Shown: piece after piece, positions 1 to 13,973 of the stretch
How the letters are laid out: every line of letters begins with the position of its first letter
Position numbering within the stretch: position 1 is the first letter of the stretch
Assembly: GCA_964016885.1 (NCBI GenBank)
Contig: OZ024748.1
Coordinates: 28,148,001-28,212,000 of the forward strand
Direction of reading: 5' to 3'
Length of the DNA: 64,000 nt
Source of the DNA: Eledone cirrhosa
Taxonomy: Eukaryota
Translations under genes and position numbers: made by a program
The notes under the pieces: model-generated
Databases searched by the model: none
What the model was told of the DNA's origin: nothing
Seen by the model: only the letters and a program-made list of their open reading frames with translations

Positions 1-3000
1 ACGATAAAGTCTATATTAGTAGCATGACAAAGTCTATATTAGTAGCATGACAAAGTCTATATTAGTAGCATAACAAAGTCTATATTAGTAGCACGATAAA
101 GTCTATATTAGTAGCATGATAAAGTCTATATTAGCAGCACGACAAAGTCTATATTAGTAGCATGACAAAGTCTATATTAGTAGCACGATAAAGTCTATAT
201 TAGTAGCATGATAAAGTCTATATTAGCAGCACGACAAAGTCTATATTAGTAGCACGACAAAGTCTATATTAGTAGCACGACAAAGTCTACATTAGTAGCA
301 CGACAAAGTCTATATTAGTAGCATGATAAAGTCTATATTAGTAGCATGACAAAATCTACATTAGTAGCATGACAAAGTCTACATTAGTTGACTGACAAAG
401 TCTATATTAGTAGCATAACAAAGCTATATTAGTAGCATGACAAAGTCTATATTAGTAGCATAACAAAGTCTATATTAGTAGCACGACAAAGTCTACATTA
501 GTAGCATAACAAAGTCTACATTAGTAGCACGACAAAGTCTACATTAGTAGCACGACAAAGTCTATATTAGTAGCATGATAAAGTCTATATTAGTAGCACG
601 ACAAAGTCTACATTAGTAGCACGACAAAGTCTATATTAGTAGCATGATAAAGTCTATATTAGTAGCATGACAAAGTCTATATTAGTAGCATGACAAAGTC
701 TACATTAGTAGCATGACAAAGTCTACATTAGTAGCACGACAAAGTCTATATTAGTAGCATGACAAAGTCTATATTAGTAGCATGATAAAGTCTATATTAG
801 TAGCATGATAAAGTCTATATTAGTCGCACGACAAAGTCTATATTAGTAGCACGACAAAGTCTATATTAGTAGCACGACAAAGTCTATATTAGTAGTATGA
901 CAAAGTCTATATTAGTAGCACGACAAATTCTATATTAGTAGCATGATAAAGTCTATATTAGTAGCACGATAAAGTCTATATTAGTAGCATGACAAAGTCT
1001 ATATTAGTAGCACGACAAAGTCTATATTAGTAGCACGACAAAGTCTATATTAGTAGCACGGCAAAGTCTATATTAGTAGCACGACAAAGTCTATATTAGT
1101 AGCATGATAAAGTCTATATTAGTAGCATGATAAAGTCTATATTAGTAGCATGACAAAGTCTATATTAGTAGCATGACAAAGTCTATATTAGTAGCACGAT
1201 AAAGTCTATATTAGTAGCACGACAAAGTCTATATTAGTAGCATGACAAAGTCTATATTAGTAGCATGATAAAGTCTATATTAGTAGCACGATAAAGTATA
1301 TATTAGTAGCATGATAAAGTATATATTAGTAGCATGACAAAGTCTACATTAGTAGCATAACAAAGTCTATATTAGTAGCACGATAAAGTCTATATTAATA
1401 GCATGACAAAGTCTATATTAGTAGCATGACAAAGTCTATATTAGTAGCACGATAAAGTCTATATTAGCAGCACGACAAAGTCTATATTAGTAGCACGACA
1501 AAGTCTATATTAGTAGCATGACAAAGTCTATATTAGTAGCACGACAAAGTCTATATTAGTAGCACGATAAAGTCTATATTAGTAGCATGACAAAGTCTAT
1601 ATTAGTAGCATGACAAAGTCTATATTAGTAGCATGATAAAGTCTATATTAGCAGCACGACAAAGTCTATATTAGTAGCACGACAAAGTCTATATTAGTAG
1701 CACGACAAAGTCTACATTAGTAGCACGACAAAGTCTATATTAGTAGCATGATAAAGTCTATATTAGTAGCATGACAAAGTCTACATTAGTAGCATGACAA
1801 AGTCTACATTAGTAGACTGACAAAGTCTATATTAGTAGCATAACAAAGCTATATTAGTAGCATGACAAAGTCTATATTAGTAGCATAACAAAGTCTATAT
1901 TAGTAGCACGACAAAGTCTACATTAGTAGCATAACAAAGTCTACATTAGTAGCACGACAAAGTCTACATTAGTAGCACGACAAAGTCTATATTAGTAGCA
2001 TGATAAAGTCTATATTAGTAGCACGACAAAGTCTACATTAGTAGCACGACAAAGTCTATATTAGTAGCATGATAAAGTCTATATTAGTAGCATGACAAAG
2101 TCTATATTAGTAGCATGACAAAGTCTACATTAGTAGCATGACAAAGTCTACATTAGTAGCACGACAAAGTCTATATTAGTAGCATGACAAAGTCTATATT
2201 AGTAGCATGATAAAGTCTATATTAGTAGCATGATAAAGTCTATATTAGTCGCACGACAAAGTCTATATTAGTAGCACGACAAAGTCTATATTAGTAGCAC
2301 GACAAAGTCTATATTAGTAGTATGACAAAGTCTATATTAGTAGCACGACAAATTCTATATTAGTAGCATGATAAAGTCTATATTAGTAGCACGATAAAGT
2401 CTATATTAGTAGCATGACAAAGTCTATATTAGTAGCACGACAAAGTCTATATTAGTAGCACGACAAAGTCTATATTAGTAGCACGGCAAAGTCTATATTA
2501 GTAGCACGACAAAGTCTATATTAGTAGCATGATAAAGTCTATATTAGTAGCATGATAAAGTCTATATTAGTAGCATGACAAAGTCTATATTAGTAGCATG
2601 ACAAAGTCTATATTAGTAGCACGATAAAGTCTATATTAGTAGCACGACAAAGTCTATATTAGTAGCATGACAAAGTCTATATTAGTAGCATGATAAAGTC
2701 TATATTAGTAGCACGATAAAGTATATATTAGTAGCATGATAAAGTATATATTAGTAGCATGACAAAGTCTACATTAGTAGCATAACAAAGTCTATATTAG
2801 TAGCACGATAAAGTCTATATTAATAGCATGACAAAGTCTATATTAGTAGCATGACAAAGTCTATATTAGTAGCACGATAAAGTCTATATTAGCAGCACGA
2901 CAAAGTCTATATTAGTAGCACGACAAAGTCTATATTAGTAGCATGACAAAGTCTATATTAGTAGCACGACAAAGTCTATATTAGTAGCACGATAAAGTCT

Positions 3001-6000
3001 ATATTAGTAGCATGACAAAGTCTATATTAGTAGCATGACAAAGTCTATATTAGTAGCATGATAAAGTCTATATTAGCAGCACGACAAAGTCTATATTAGT
3101 AGCACGACAAAGTCTATATTAGTAGCACGACAAAGTCTACATTAGTAGCACGACAAAGTCTATATTAGTAGCATGATAAAGTCTATATTAGTAGCATGAC
3201 AAAGTCTACATTAGTAGCATGACAAAGTCTACATTAGTAGACTGACAAAGTCTATATTAGTAGCATAACAAAGCTATATTAGTAGCATGACAAAGTCTAT
3301 ATTAGTAGCACGACAAAGTCTACATTAGTAGCATAACAAAGTCTATATTAGTAGCATGATAAAGTCTATATTAGTATCACGACAAAGTCTACATTAGTAG
3401 CACGACAAAGTCTATATTAGTAGCATAACAAAGTCTACATTAGTAGCACGACAAAGTCTATATTAGTAGCATGACAAAGTCTATATTAGTAGCACGACAA
3501 AGTCTATATTAGTAGCATGATAAAGTCTATATTAGTAGCATGACAAAGTCTATATTAGTAGCATGACAAAGTCTACATTAGTAGCATGACAAAGTCTACA
3601 TTAGTAGCACGACAAAGTCTATATTAGTAGCATGACAAAGTCTATATTAGTAGCATGATAAAGTCTATATTAGTAGCATGATAAAGTCTATATTAGTCGC
3701 ACGACAAAGTCTATATTAGTAGCACGACAAAGTCTATATTAGTAGCATGATAAAGTCTATATTAGTAGCATGATAAAGTCTATATTAGTAGCACGACAAA
3801 GTCTATATTAGTAGCATGACAAAGTCTATATTAGTAGCATGATAAAGTCTATATTAGTAGCACGACAAAGTCTATATTAGTAGCATGACAAAGTCTATAT
3901 TAGTAGCATGATAAAGTCTATATTAGTAGCATGACAAAGTCTATATTAGTAGCATGACAAAGTCTATATTAGTAGCACGATAAAGTCTATATTAGTAGCA
4001 TGACAAAGTCTATATTAGTAGCATGATAAAGTCTATATTAGTAGCACGATAAAGTATATATTAGTAGCATGACAAAGTCTACATTAGTAGCATAACAAAG
4101 TCTATATTAGTAGCACGATAAAGTCTATATTAGTAGCATGACAAAGTCTATATTAGTAGCATGACAAAGTCTATATTAGTAGCATAACAAAGTCTATATT
4201 AGTAGCACGATAAAGTCTATATTAGCAGCACGACAAAGTCTATATTAGTAACATGACAAAGTCTATATTAGTAGCATGACAAAGTCTATATTAGTAGCAC
4301 GATAAAGTCTATATTAGTAGCATGATAAAGTCTATATTAGCAGCACGACAAAGTCTATATTAGTAGCACGACAAAGTCTATATTAGTAGCATGACAAAGT
4401 CTATATTAGTAGCACGACAAAGTCTACATTAGTAGCACGACAAAGTCTACATTAGTAGCATGGCAAAGTCTATATTAGTAGCATAACAAAGCTATATTAG
4501 TAGCATGACAAAGACTATATTAGTAGCATGACAAAGTCTATATTAGTAGCACGACAAAGTCTACATTAGTAGCACGTCAAAGTCTATATTAGTAGCAAAC
4601 CAAAGTCTATATTAGTAGCATGATAAAGTCTATATTAGTAGCCCGACAAAGTCTACATTAGTAGCACGACAAAGTCTATATTAGTAGCATAACAAAGTCT
4701 ACATTAGTAGCACGACAAAGTCTATATTAGTAGCACGACAAAGTCTACATTAGTAGCACGACAAAGTCTATATTAGTAGCATGATAAAGTCTATATTAGT
4801 AGCATGACAAAGTCTATATTAGTAGCATGACAAAGTCTACATTAGTAGCACGACAAAGTCTATATTAGTAGCACGATAAAGTCTATATTAGTAGCATGAC
4901 AAAGTCTATATTAGTAGCATGATAAAGTCTATATTAGTAGCATGACAAAGTCTATATTAGTAGCATGACAAAGTCTATATTAGTAGCACGATAAAGTCTA
5001 TATTAGTAGCATGACAAAGTCTATATTAGTAGCATGACAAAGTCTATATTAGTAGCATGACAAAGTCTATATTAGTAGCATGACAAAGTCTATATTAGTA
5101 GCATGACAAAGTCTATATTAGTAGCATGATAAAGTCTATATTAGTAGCATGACAAAGTCTATATTAGTAGCATGACAAAGTCTATATTAGTAGCATGACA
5201 AAGTCTATATTAGTAGCATGACAAAGTCTATATTAGTAGCACGACAAAGTCTATATTAGTAGTATGACAAAGTCTATATTAGTAGCACGACAAAGTCTAT
5301 ATTAGTAGCATGATAAAGTCTATATTAGTAGCACGATAAAGTCTATATTAGTAGCATGACAAAGTCTATATTAGTAGCACGACAAAGTCTATATTAGTAG
5401 CACGACAAAGTCTATATTAGTAGCACGACAAAGTCTATATTAGTAGCACGACAAAGTCTATATTAGTAGCACGACTAAGTCTATATTAGTAGCACGACAA
5501 AGTCTATATTAGTAGCACGACAAAGTCTATATTAGTAGCATGACAAAGTCTATATTAGTAGCATGACAAAGTCTATATTAGTAGCATGATAAAGTCTATA
5601 TTAGTAGCATGATAAAGTCTATATTAGTAGCATGATAAAGTCTATATTAGTAGCATGACAAAGTCTATATTAGTAGCATGACAAAGTCTATATTAGTAGC
5701 ACGATAAAGTCTCTATTAGTAGCACGACAAAGTCTATATTAGTAGCATGACAAAGTCTATATTAGTAGCATGATAAAGTCTATATTAGTAGCACGATAAA
5801 GTATATATTAGTAGCATGATAAAGTATATATTAGTAGCATGACAAAGTCTACATTAGTAGCATAACAAAGTCTATATTAGTAGCACGATAAAGTCTATAT
5901 TAATAGCATGACAAAGTCTATATTAGTAGCATGACAAAGTCTATATTAGTAGCATGACAAAGTCTATATTAGTAGCACGATAAAGTCTATATTAGCAGCA

Positions 6001-9000
6001 CGACAAAGTCTATATTAGTAGCACGACAAAGTCTATATTAGTAGCATGACAAAGTCTATATTAGTAGCACGACAAAGTCTATATTAGTAGCACGATAAAG
6101 TCTATATTAGTAGCATGACAAAGTCTATATTAGTAGCATGACAAAGTCTATATTAGTAGCATAACAAAGTCTATATTAGTAGCACGATAAAGTCTATATT
6201 AGTAGCATGATAAAGTCTATATTAGCAGCACGACAAAGTCTATATTAGTAGCATGACAAAGTCTATATTAGTAGCACGATAAAGTCTATATTAGTAGCAT
6301 GATAAAGTCTATATTAGCAGCACGACAAAGTCTATATTAGTAGCACGACAAAGTCTATATTAGTAGCATGACAAAGTCTATATTAGTAGCACGACAAAGT
6401 CTACATTAGTAGCACGACAAAGTCTATATTAGTAGCATGATAAAGTCTATATTAGTAGCATGACAAAGTCTACATTAGTAGCATGACAAAGTCTACATTA
6501 GTAGCATGACAAAGTCTATATTAGTAGCATAACAAAGCTATATTAGTAGCATGACAAAGTCTATATTAGTAGCACGACAAAGTCTACATTAGTAGCACGA
6601 CAAAGTCTATATTAGTAGCATAACAAAGTCTATATTAGTAGCATGATAAAGTCTATATTAGTAGCACGACAAAGTCTACATTAGTAGCACGACAAAGTCT
6701 ATATTAGTAACATAACAAAGTCTACATTAGTAGCACGACAAAGTCTATATTAGTAGCATGACAAAGTCTATATTAGTAGCATGATAAAGTCTATATTAGT
6801 AGCACGACAAAGTCTACATTAGTAGCACGACAAAGTCTATATTAGTAGCATGATAAAGTCTATATTAGTAGCATGACAAAGTCTATATTAGTAGCATGAC
6901 AAAGTCTACATTAGTAGCATGACAAAGTCTACATTAGTAGCACGACAAAGTCTATATTAGTAGCACGATAAATCTATATTAGTAGCATGACAAAGTCTAT
7001 ATTAGTAGCATGATAAAGTCTATATTAGTAGCATGACAAAGTCTATATTATTAGCATGACAAAGTCTATATTAGTAGCACGATAAAGTCTATATTAGTAG
7101 CATGACAAAGTCTATATTAGTAGCATGACAAAGTCTATATTAGTAGCATGACAAAGTCTATATTAGTAGCATGATAAAGTCTATATTAGTAGCATGACAA
7201 AGTCTATATTAGTAGCATGACAAAGTTTATATTAGTAGCATGACAAAGTCTATATTAGTAGCATGACAAAGTCTATATTAGTAGCATGACAAAGTCTATA
7301 TTAGTAGCACGACAAAGTCTATATTAGTAGTATGACAAAGTCTATATTAGTAGCACGACAAAGTCTATATTAGTAGCACGACAAAGTCTATATTAGTAGC
7401 ATGATAAAGTCTATATTAGTAGCACGATAAAGTCTATATTCGTAGCATGACAAAGTCTATATTAGTAGCACGACAAAGTCTATATTAGTAGCATGATAAA
7501 GTCTATATTAGTAGCACGACAAAGTCTATATTAGTAGCACGACAAAGTCTATATTAGTAGCATGATAAAGTCTATATTAGTAGCACGACAAAGTCTATAT
7601 TAGTAGCACGACAAAGTCTATATTAGTAGCATGACAAAGTCTATATTAGTAGCATGATAAAGTCTATATTAGTAGCATGACAAAGTCTATATTAGTAGCA
7701 TGATAAAGTCTATATTAGTAGCATGACAAAGTCTATATTAGTAGCATGACAAAGTCTATATTAGTAGCACGATAAAGTCTATATTAGTAGCACGACAAAG
7801 TCTATATTAGTAGCATGATAAAGTCTATATTAGTAGCACGATAAAGTATATATTAGTAGCATGATAAAGTCTATATTAGTAGCACGATAAAGTCTACATT
7901 AGTAGCATAACAAAGTCTATATTAGTAGCATGACAAAGTCTATATTAGTAGCATGACAAAGTCTATATTAGTAGCACGATAAAGTCTACATTAGTAGCAT
8001 GACAATGTCTACATTAGTAGCATGACAAAGTCTACATTAGTAGCATAACAAAGTCTATATTAGTAGCATGACAATGTCTATATTAGTAGCACGGCAAAGT
8101 CTATATTAGTAGCATGACAAAGTCTATATTAGTAGCATGATAAAGTCTATATTAGTAGCACGATAAAGTATATATTAGTAGCATGATAAAGTATATATTA
8201 GTACCATGACAAAGTCTACATTAGTAGCATAACAAAGTCTATATTAGTAGCACGATAAAGTCTATATTAGTAGCATGACAAAGTCGATATTAGTAGCACG
8301 ACAAAGTCTACATTAGTAGCACGACAAAGTCTATATTAGTAGCATAACAAAGTCTATATTAGTAGCATGATAAAGTCTATATTAGTAGCACGACAAAGTC
8401 TACATTAGTAGCACGACAAAGTCTATATTAGTAGCATAACAAAGTCTACTATAGTAGCACGACAAAGTCTATATTAGTAGCATGACAAAGTCTATATTAG
8501 TAGCATGATAAAGTCTATATTAGTAGCACGACAGAGTCTACATTAGTAGCACGACAAAGTCTATATTAGTAGCATGATAAAGTCTATATTAGTAGCATGA
8601 CAAAGTCTATATTAGTAGCATGACAAAGTCTACATTAGTAGCATGACAAAGTCTACATTAGTAGCACGACAAAGTCTATATTAGTAGCACGATAAAGTCT
8701 ATATTAGTAGCATGACAAAGTCTATATTAGTAACATGACAATGTCTATATCAGTAACATGACAAAGTCTATATTAGTAACATGATAAAGTCTATATTAGT
8801 AGCATAACAAAGTCTATATTAGTAGCACGACAAAGTCTACATTAGTAGCACGACAAAGTCTATATTAGTAGCATGATAAAGTCTATATTAGTAGTATGAC
8901 AAAGTCTATATTAGTAGCATGACAAAGTCTACATTAGTAGCATGACAAAGTCTACATTAGTAGCACGACAAAGTCTATATTAGTAACATGACAAATTCTA

Positions 9001-9350
9001 TATTAGTAGCATGACAAAGTCTACATTAGTAGCATGACAAAGTCTACATTAGTAGCACGACAAAGTCTATATTAGTAGCACGATAAAGTCTATATTAGTA
9101 GCATGACAAAGTCTATATTAGTAGCACGACAAAGTCTATATTAGTAGCATGACAAAGTCTATATTAGTAGCACGATAAAGTCTATATTAGTAGCATGATA
9201 AAGTCTATATTTGTAGCACGATAAAGTCTATATTAGTAGCACGATAAAGTCTATATTAGTAGCATGACAAAGTCTATATTAGTAGCATGATAAAGTCTAT
9301 ATTAGTAGCATGACAAAGTCTATATTAGTAGCATAACAAAGTCTATATTA
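1..9350. repeat. 23-bp tandem satellite, consensus AYGAYAAAGTCTAYATTAGTAGC, about 400 copies, continues off the left edge
   Basis: Unit read directly (1-23, 24-46 ...); array ends abruptly at gtctatatta|ataacc. Confidence 0.98.
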
Positions 9351-9359
9351 ATAACCAAA

Positions 9360-9790
9360 TGTTTGGAATTTATGCTAAGTTAGTAAGACAAAGAAATCAA
9401 ATTACTTGAAATTCAAATTAGTTACCAATTCAAAGTGTCATATGCTCCAATTAATGGGAAAATGTGTGCCGTTATTTTTAAGGGCCCTCACATGCTTTGC
9501 GAGCTGGGTGGCATGTATTTTTGTCAGGATGCCCGAAGGTTGTTCATGGTTCAGTTACCGGCTTTTGAATCGGCGCTCGGACATTCCGACATAAGTCCAG
9601 GCTTCAGTTTGGTGGTTCTGGTTGGTGGAGGTCACTTCTGCTTGATATATCACCACTGGGGTTTTGCACTGTTGGTCTAGTGGACATGTCTCTGGCTTTT
9701 TGCATGAGCATCCCGACGGGAGAGGGCTTTTATATTCACCATTTAAGCACCACACGTATTATTTGATAGGAAATGTAAACTTACTGCACA
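9360..9790 (-). mobile_element. Decayed Penelope-like element fragment (Cys-rich linker plus GIY-YIG endonuclease)
   Basis: ORF 9555-9755: CSCKKPETCPLDQQCKTPVVIYQAEV...TYVGMSERRFKSR; continues past the stop as ..TQLAKHVRALK..INWSI, typical of the PLE endonuclease. Confidence 0.8.
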
Positions 9791-9839
9791 AAATTTAATT
9801 TAGATACTACACCAGCAGGAGCGGGTTAACCACACAAGC

Positions 9840-9980
9840 ACGGATTAGCTACACAAACTGAGGCCAAGCAGAGATCAACAACACAAGCCGAGATCAATTA
9901 CATAAACTGAGATCAACTACACAGCCAGGGCTCAACTACACAAGCTGAGGTCAACTACGGAAGATGAGATCAACTACATA
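9840..9980. repeat. Degenerate ~19-bp tandem repeat (GAGATCAACTACACAAGCT-like), about 7 copies
   Basis: Repeated gagatcaac/gtcaactac cores at about 19-bp spacing. Confidence 0.7.
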
Positions 9981-10049
9981 ATCAGTGTACAATTGCAAGT
10001 TAAAGTAATCACAGCTGTTGTTGAAGATTTCTGTCATTAAAAATTGGTT

Positions 10050-10260
10050 TTCGGTCGTATTGAGATCTGAAGAACAAGCTGGGTGACACAGAGTTTCACA
10101 GCCGACTTTGTAACGAGTTTGTTGGTCAGATTGAGATCAAAAGAACTAATGTGGTGACACAGAGTGTCGCGGTAGACGTCTTAACGTCATTTTCGTTCGT
10201 ATTCAGGTTTGATTAACAGAATGTGAGACGTAGGGTTCCGCAGCAGGCATAATGACGACA
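10050..10260. repeat. Three diverged ~71-bp tandem units
   Basis: ggtcgtattgagatc (10053), ggtcagattgagatc (10124), gttcgtattcaggtt (10195), each followed by gtgacacagag-like sequence. Confidence 0.6.
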
Positions 10261-10344
10261 TATTTGTTTTACTTTGATTTTAGTTCAGCTCCTGCTGTAG
10301 CCTTTTCTGATTCTCTGAGATGGTGCTAATATCGAGCAAAAGAC

Positions 10345-10490
10345 ACCACATGGCTGAATGGTTAGGAAGTTCGCTTTGCAATCTCAGGGTCCTAGGCTGG
10401 TCCCCAAAGCCTGGTAACTTGAGCAAGTATCATTTATAATAAACTAACCTCAGGAAAATTCTAAGTGAATTGTAAGTAGATTATGGATTG
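10345..10490 (+). mobile_element. Old tRNA-derived SINE remnant (second family)
   Basis: A-box-like tggctgaatggttag, decayed B box, then acttgagcaagt (CORE-like ccttgggcaagt motif). Confidence 0.45.
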
Positions 10491-10929
10491 TACCTGTAAT
10501 TCACACATGCATTCTTGTTTACATATTCTGTCCATGGGATATTGCCTGGGGAATTACGTTAGAAGTACAATAGTCTATGGGATATTTAGCCACAAGCACA
10601 ATAACGCAATTTGCTAATCTTCTTGTGTGAATGAGTGTGTCTGTAGGTGGATAAAGTGGTATATGTGTACGAATGTAAGCGTGTGCGTGTAAGCGTGTGC
10701 GCGTGTATGCGTGTGCGTGTACACGTGTGCATGTGTGCGTATAAGCGTTTGTATGAGTATGCAAATTCGTGCGTGTGACTATATGTGTAGGAGTTAATGT
10801 ATGTGTCATTATGTACATGCAGTTGAGTGTACTGCGCTCATCAATACCCAGGGGATTAAATGAACGCTATAATGAGGTTCATTATGGTTACATATGTATT
10901 TCATTAATAATGTATAGATTTTACCAACA

Positions 10930-11152
10930 TGCATATGCATACATACACATATTCACACACACACATACACACGCACGCACACACACACACACATACATAC
11001 ATACATACATACATACATACATACATACATACATACATACATACATACACACATACACACACATATACACACACATACATACATACACATACATACATAC
11101 ATACATACATACATACATACATACACACATATACACACATATACACACATAT

Positions 11153-11201
<49 letters not shown>

Positions 11202-11285
11202 GCAAAATACACACAGAGAGGACTCGATATATATGTGTTGTTATTTCTGTTTACCTCTTACATACATACATATATATACATACAT

Positions 11286-11345
<60 letters not shown>
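10930..11345. repeat. (CATA)n/(CA)n/(TA)n compound microsatellite
   Basis: Direct reading. Confidence 0.95.
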
Positions 11346-11349
<4 letters not shown>

Positions 11350-11447
11350 TTAAGGATACTATTTATGGTTATGTATACAATAAAACCTTTTATGGTTATA
11401 TATATTTTAAACCCTAAATAGTGAAAGACAGTAATTCATTACTATAG

Positions 11448-11496
11448 TTGCTCCGAAGAATCCAAACCTCGGTTTGGAGGAAACAATTGTAAGCAA
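11448..11496 (+). ncRNA. Minimal type I hammerhead ribozyme motif (CCGAAGA core variant)
   Basis: ttgct-CCGAAGA-a tccaaacc tc ggtttgga g-GAAA-CAATTG-TA-agcaa: 5-bp stem I, long stem II, palindromic stem III ACAATTGT, GUA site. Confidence 0.7.
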
Positions 11497-11664
11497 ATAA
11501 ATGATTTAAATTGAACTTTGATTAATGTAATTTCTATATATATATATAAATAATTACATTTTAAATTTCAAATTCAACCGGATTTTCATACAAGTCTGTA
11601 TGTATATTTATATATATATATGAGAGTATTGACGTTTGCTTGAAGCATTGTGGAACAATAAGTA

Positions 11665-12730
11665 AATATCTTTAAGTCGTTTGGAAGCCTCGACAATGCA
11701 AATGGGTAACAAGGTCCGGTGGTGGAGAGAGAGATGTAAGTGGGTGTACGTTGAGATGCGTGGTGTGTATAAGATGTGTGAGATGTGTAGAATGAAGGGA
11801 AGAGTATAAAGGATAAAAATAAAAATAAAAATAACAACACAAGAGAGAGTTACCTTGGGAGAGATTTAATAGTCCCTATATATTTCGGATTCACATCCAT
11901 CAACTGGGTTTTTTTCCGGGGTGGGGGAAAAGGTTGTCTGTCGGACAAGTCCGGAACGAGTCTTTCGCTGTTTGTTGTTTTGAATATCTGAGGTATTCGG
12001 CAGAGCGCGCGTGCGCGTGAAATGGGGTCGGTCGTACAGAGGTCAGCGGCCGAATGAGGGAGTGGGGTGGCGCTAGCTGTCAGTCCATTCTCTGCCTGTT
12101 TGTTAAATGTTACTGTGTGTGTGTGTGCGTGTGTTGTTGTCTCGCTTGAGTGTGTGTGTGTGTGTGTGTGTGTGTTGTTGCCTTGTTCATCTGTATTGGC
12201 AGTGTAGTATGTTCGTATGGTGGAATGCTACTGTGTGTGTGTGCGTGTGTGTGTGTAGTTGTCTCGTTTGCGTGTATGTGCGTGTGTTGTGTGTTGTTGC
12301 ATCGCTTGTTAACTTAAACCAGCCATTTCATTTCGCTTCTCTCTGATCGGTTGTTTATTTGCGGTTGCAGTCGTTTGATAAAAAGCGCTTCCTTGATACG
12401 TAAGTGCCGACGTTTCTTTCAGTCGCTAGAATTGTGACAATGGGCCTTCCGTCTTTGTTTCCGCATTTGTCTATGTGTTTCCGGAAAGACGAGGCCCTGG
12501 TTTTAGTGTGTTCCTTGATCCGGATGTACAAAGGTCGAATTGTGCTACCTATGTAGTATTGGTTGCACCTGTCACATTCTATCTCATACACGACGTATGT
12601 GCGTAGGCAACAGTTAGCATGGCGTATCGGGCAGTCTCTGAGGGAGCATGCGTCAGTAGATTTTTCGGGTTTCCTGTAGCATTCCACCATACGAATATAC
12701 TACACTGCCAATACAGATGAACAAGGCAAC

Positions 12731-12829
<99 letters not shown>

Positions 12830-13323
12830 AAGCGAGACAACAACACACGCACACACACACACAGTAACATTTAACAAACAGGCAGAGAATGGACTGACAG
12901 CTAGCGCCATCCCACTCCCTCATCGGCCGCTGACCTCTGTACGACCGACCCCATTTCACGCGCACGCGCGCTCTGCCGAATACCTCAGATATTCAAAACA
13001 ACAAACAGCGAAAGACGCGTTCCGGACTTGTCCAACAGACAACCTTTTCCCCCACCCCGGAAAAAAAACCCAGTTGATGGATGTGAATCCGAAATATATA
13101 GGGACTATTAAATCTCTCCCAAGGTAACTCTCTCTTGTGTTGTTATTTTTATTTTTATTTTTATCCTTTATACTCTTCCCTTCATTCTACACATCTCACA
13201 CATCTTATAAACACCACGCATCTCAACGTACACCCACTTACATCTCTCTCTCCACCACCGAACCTTGTTACCCGGAGATTTACCCATTTGCATTGTCGAG
13301 GCTTCCAAACGACTTAAAGATAT
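11665..13323 (-). mobile_element. 5'-truncated Penelope-like element with inverted pseudo-LTRs (arms ~11665-12231 and ~12676-13323)
   Basis: Arms are near-perfect reverse complements around a GIY-YIG fragment; a degenerate hammerhead (cagttga t ggat gtga atcc GAAA TATA TA gg) lies in both arms. Confidence 0.85.
12320..12676 (-). pseudogene. PLE GIY-YIG endonuclease C-terminal fragment, frameshifted
   Basis: CSLRDCPI..CLRTYVVYEIECDRCNQYYIGSTIRPLYIRIKEH, then LRIKEALFIKRLQPQINNRSE in a shifted frame. Confidence 0.85.
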
Positions 13324-13457
13324 ATATATATATATATTAATAAGAGGAATTCCAACTTTGTCTGATTTACTCGTTTTATTTACAATCCTTTAAAATATAT
13401 ATAATATGGTATTATAATGAAATAGTATGATAGAATATTAAATTCTAAGTGTTAATT

Positions 13458-13494
13458 GAACAAGTACTTTCATGCTTTCGCAATCTTCAGGTTC
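13458..13494 (-). ncRNA. Minimal hammerhead ribozyme motif
   Basis: gaac-CTGAAGA-ttgc gaaa gcat-GAAA-GTAC-TT-gttc; stem III palindrome AGTACT, CUU site. Confidence 0.6.
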
Positions 13495-13566
13495 ATGATA
13501 TGTGGTGACAGTCGAGTTTGCAATTTTCAACTGACCGTTGAATACTTAGGGTAGTAGAGTGGGTAA

Positions 13567-13682
13567 TAGGAACGAGTAGGACCCCGACGGCTGAGCTCAA
13601 GCTGTTTCGACGGCTAATCCTGGACTCAAAATTAGCCGTCGAAACGGCTTGAGCTCAGCCGTCGGGGCCCTACTCGTTCCTA
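13567..13682. repeat. ~115-bp fold-back hairpin ending in (TA)n; dispersed family also at ~45350-45400, ~45670-45770 and ~48910-49015
   Basis: taggaacgagtagg..gacggctaat / attagccgtc..ctactcgttccta. Confidence 0.85.
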
Positions 13683-13785
13683 TATATATATATATATATA
13701 CATATACACTCATGATTTCTCACGAATAAAAGTTCTAGTTCTATAGAAGCTTTTCTATATTAAAACATTTATACTCGAAATTAAT

Positions 13786-13973
13786 TGTTTCTACTTTTGG
13801 CACAAGGCCAGCAATTACCCAGTGCATTACTGGTACTTTATTTTATCTACCCCGAAAGGATGAAAGGCAAAGTTAACCTTGGCGGGATTGAACTCAGACC
13901 GTAAAGGGACGTAACTATGCTGGTAAGCATGGCATCCGACCTTCTACTGATACTGCCAATCCCCCGCCCTTTG
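13786..13973 (-). mobile_element. tRNA-derived SINE, full length, with 18-bp target-site duplication
   Basis: A box tggcagtatc.gtag and B box gagttcaatcc on the minus strand; TSD tttatactcgaaattaat at 13768-13785 and 13974-13991. Confidence 0.9.

Noticed and set aside
1-9350. CRISPR-like array
   Set aside because: Head-to-tail units with no unique spacers, no cas genes, eukaryotic context
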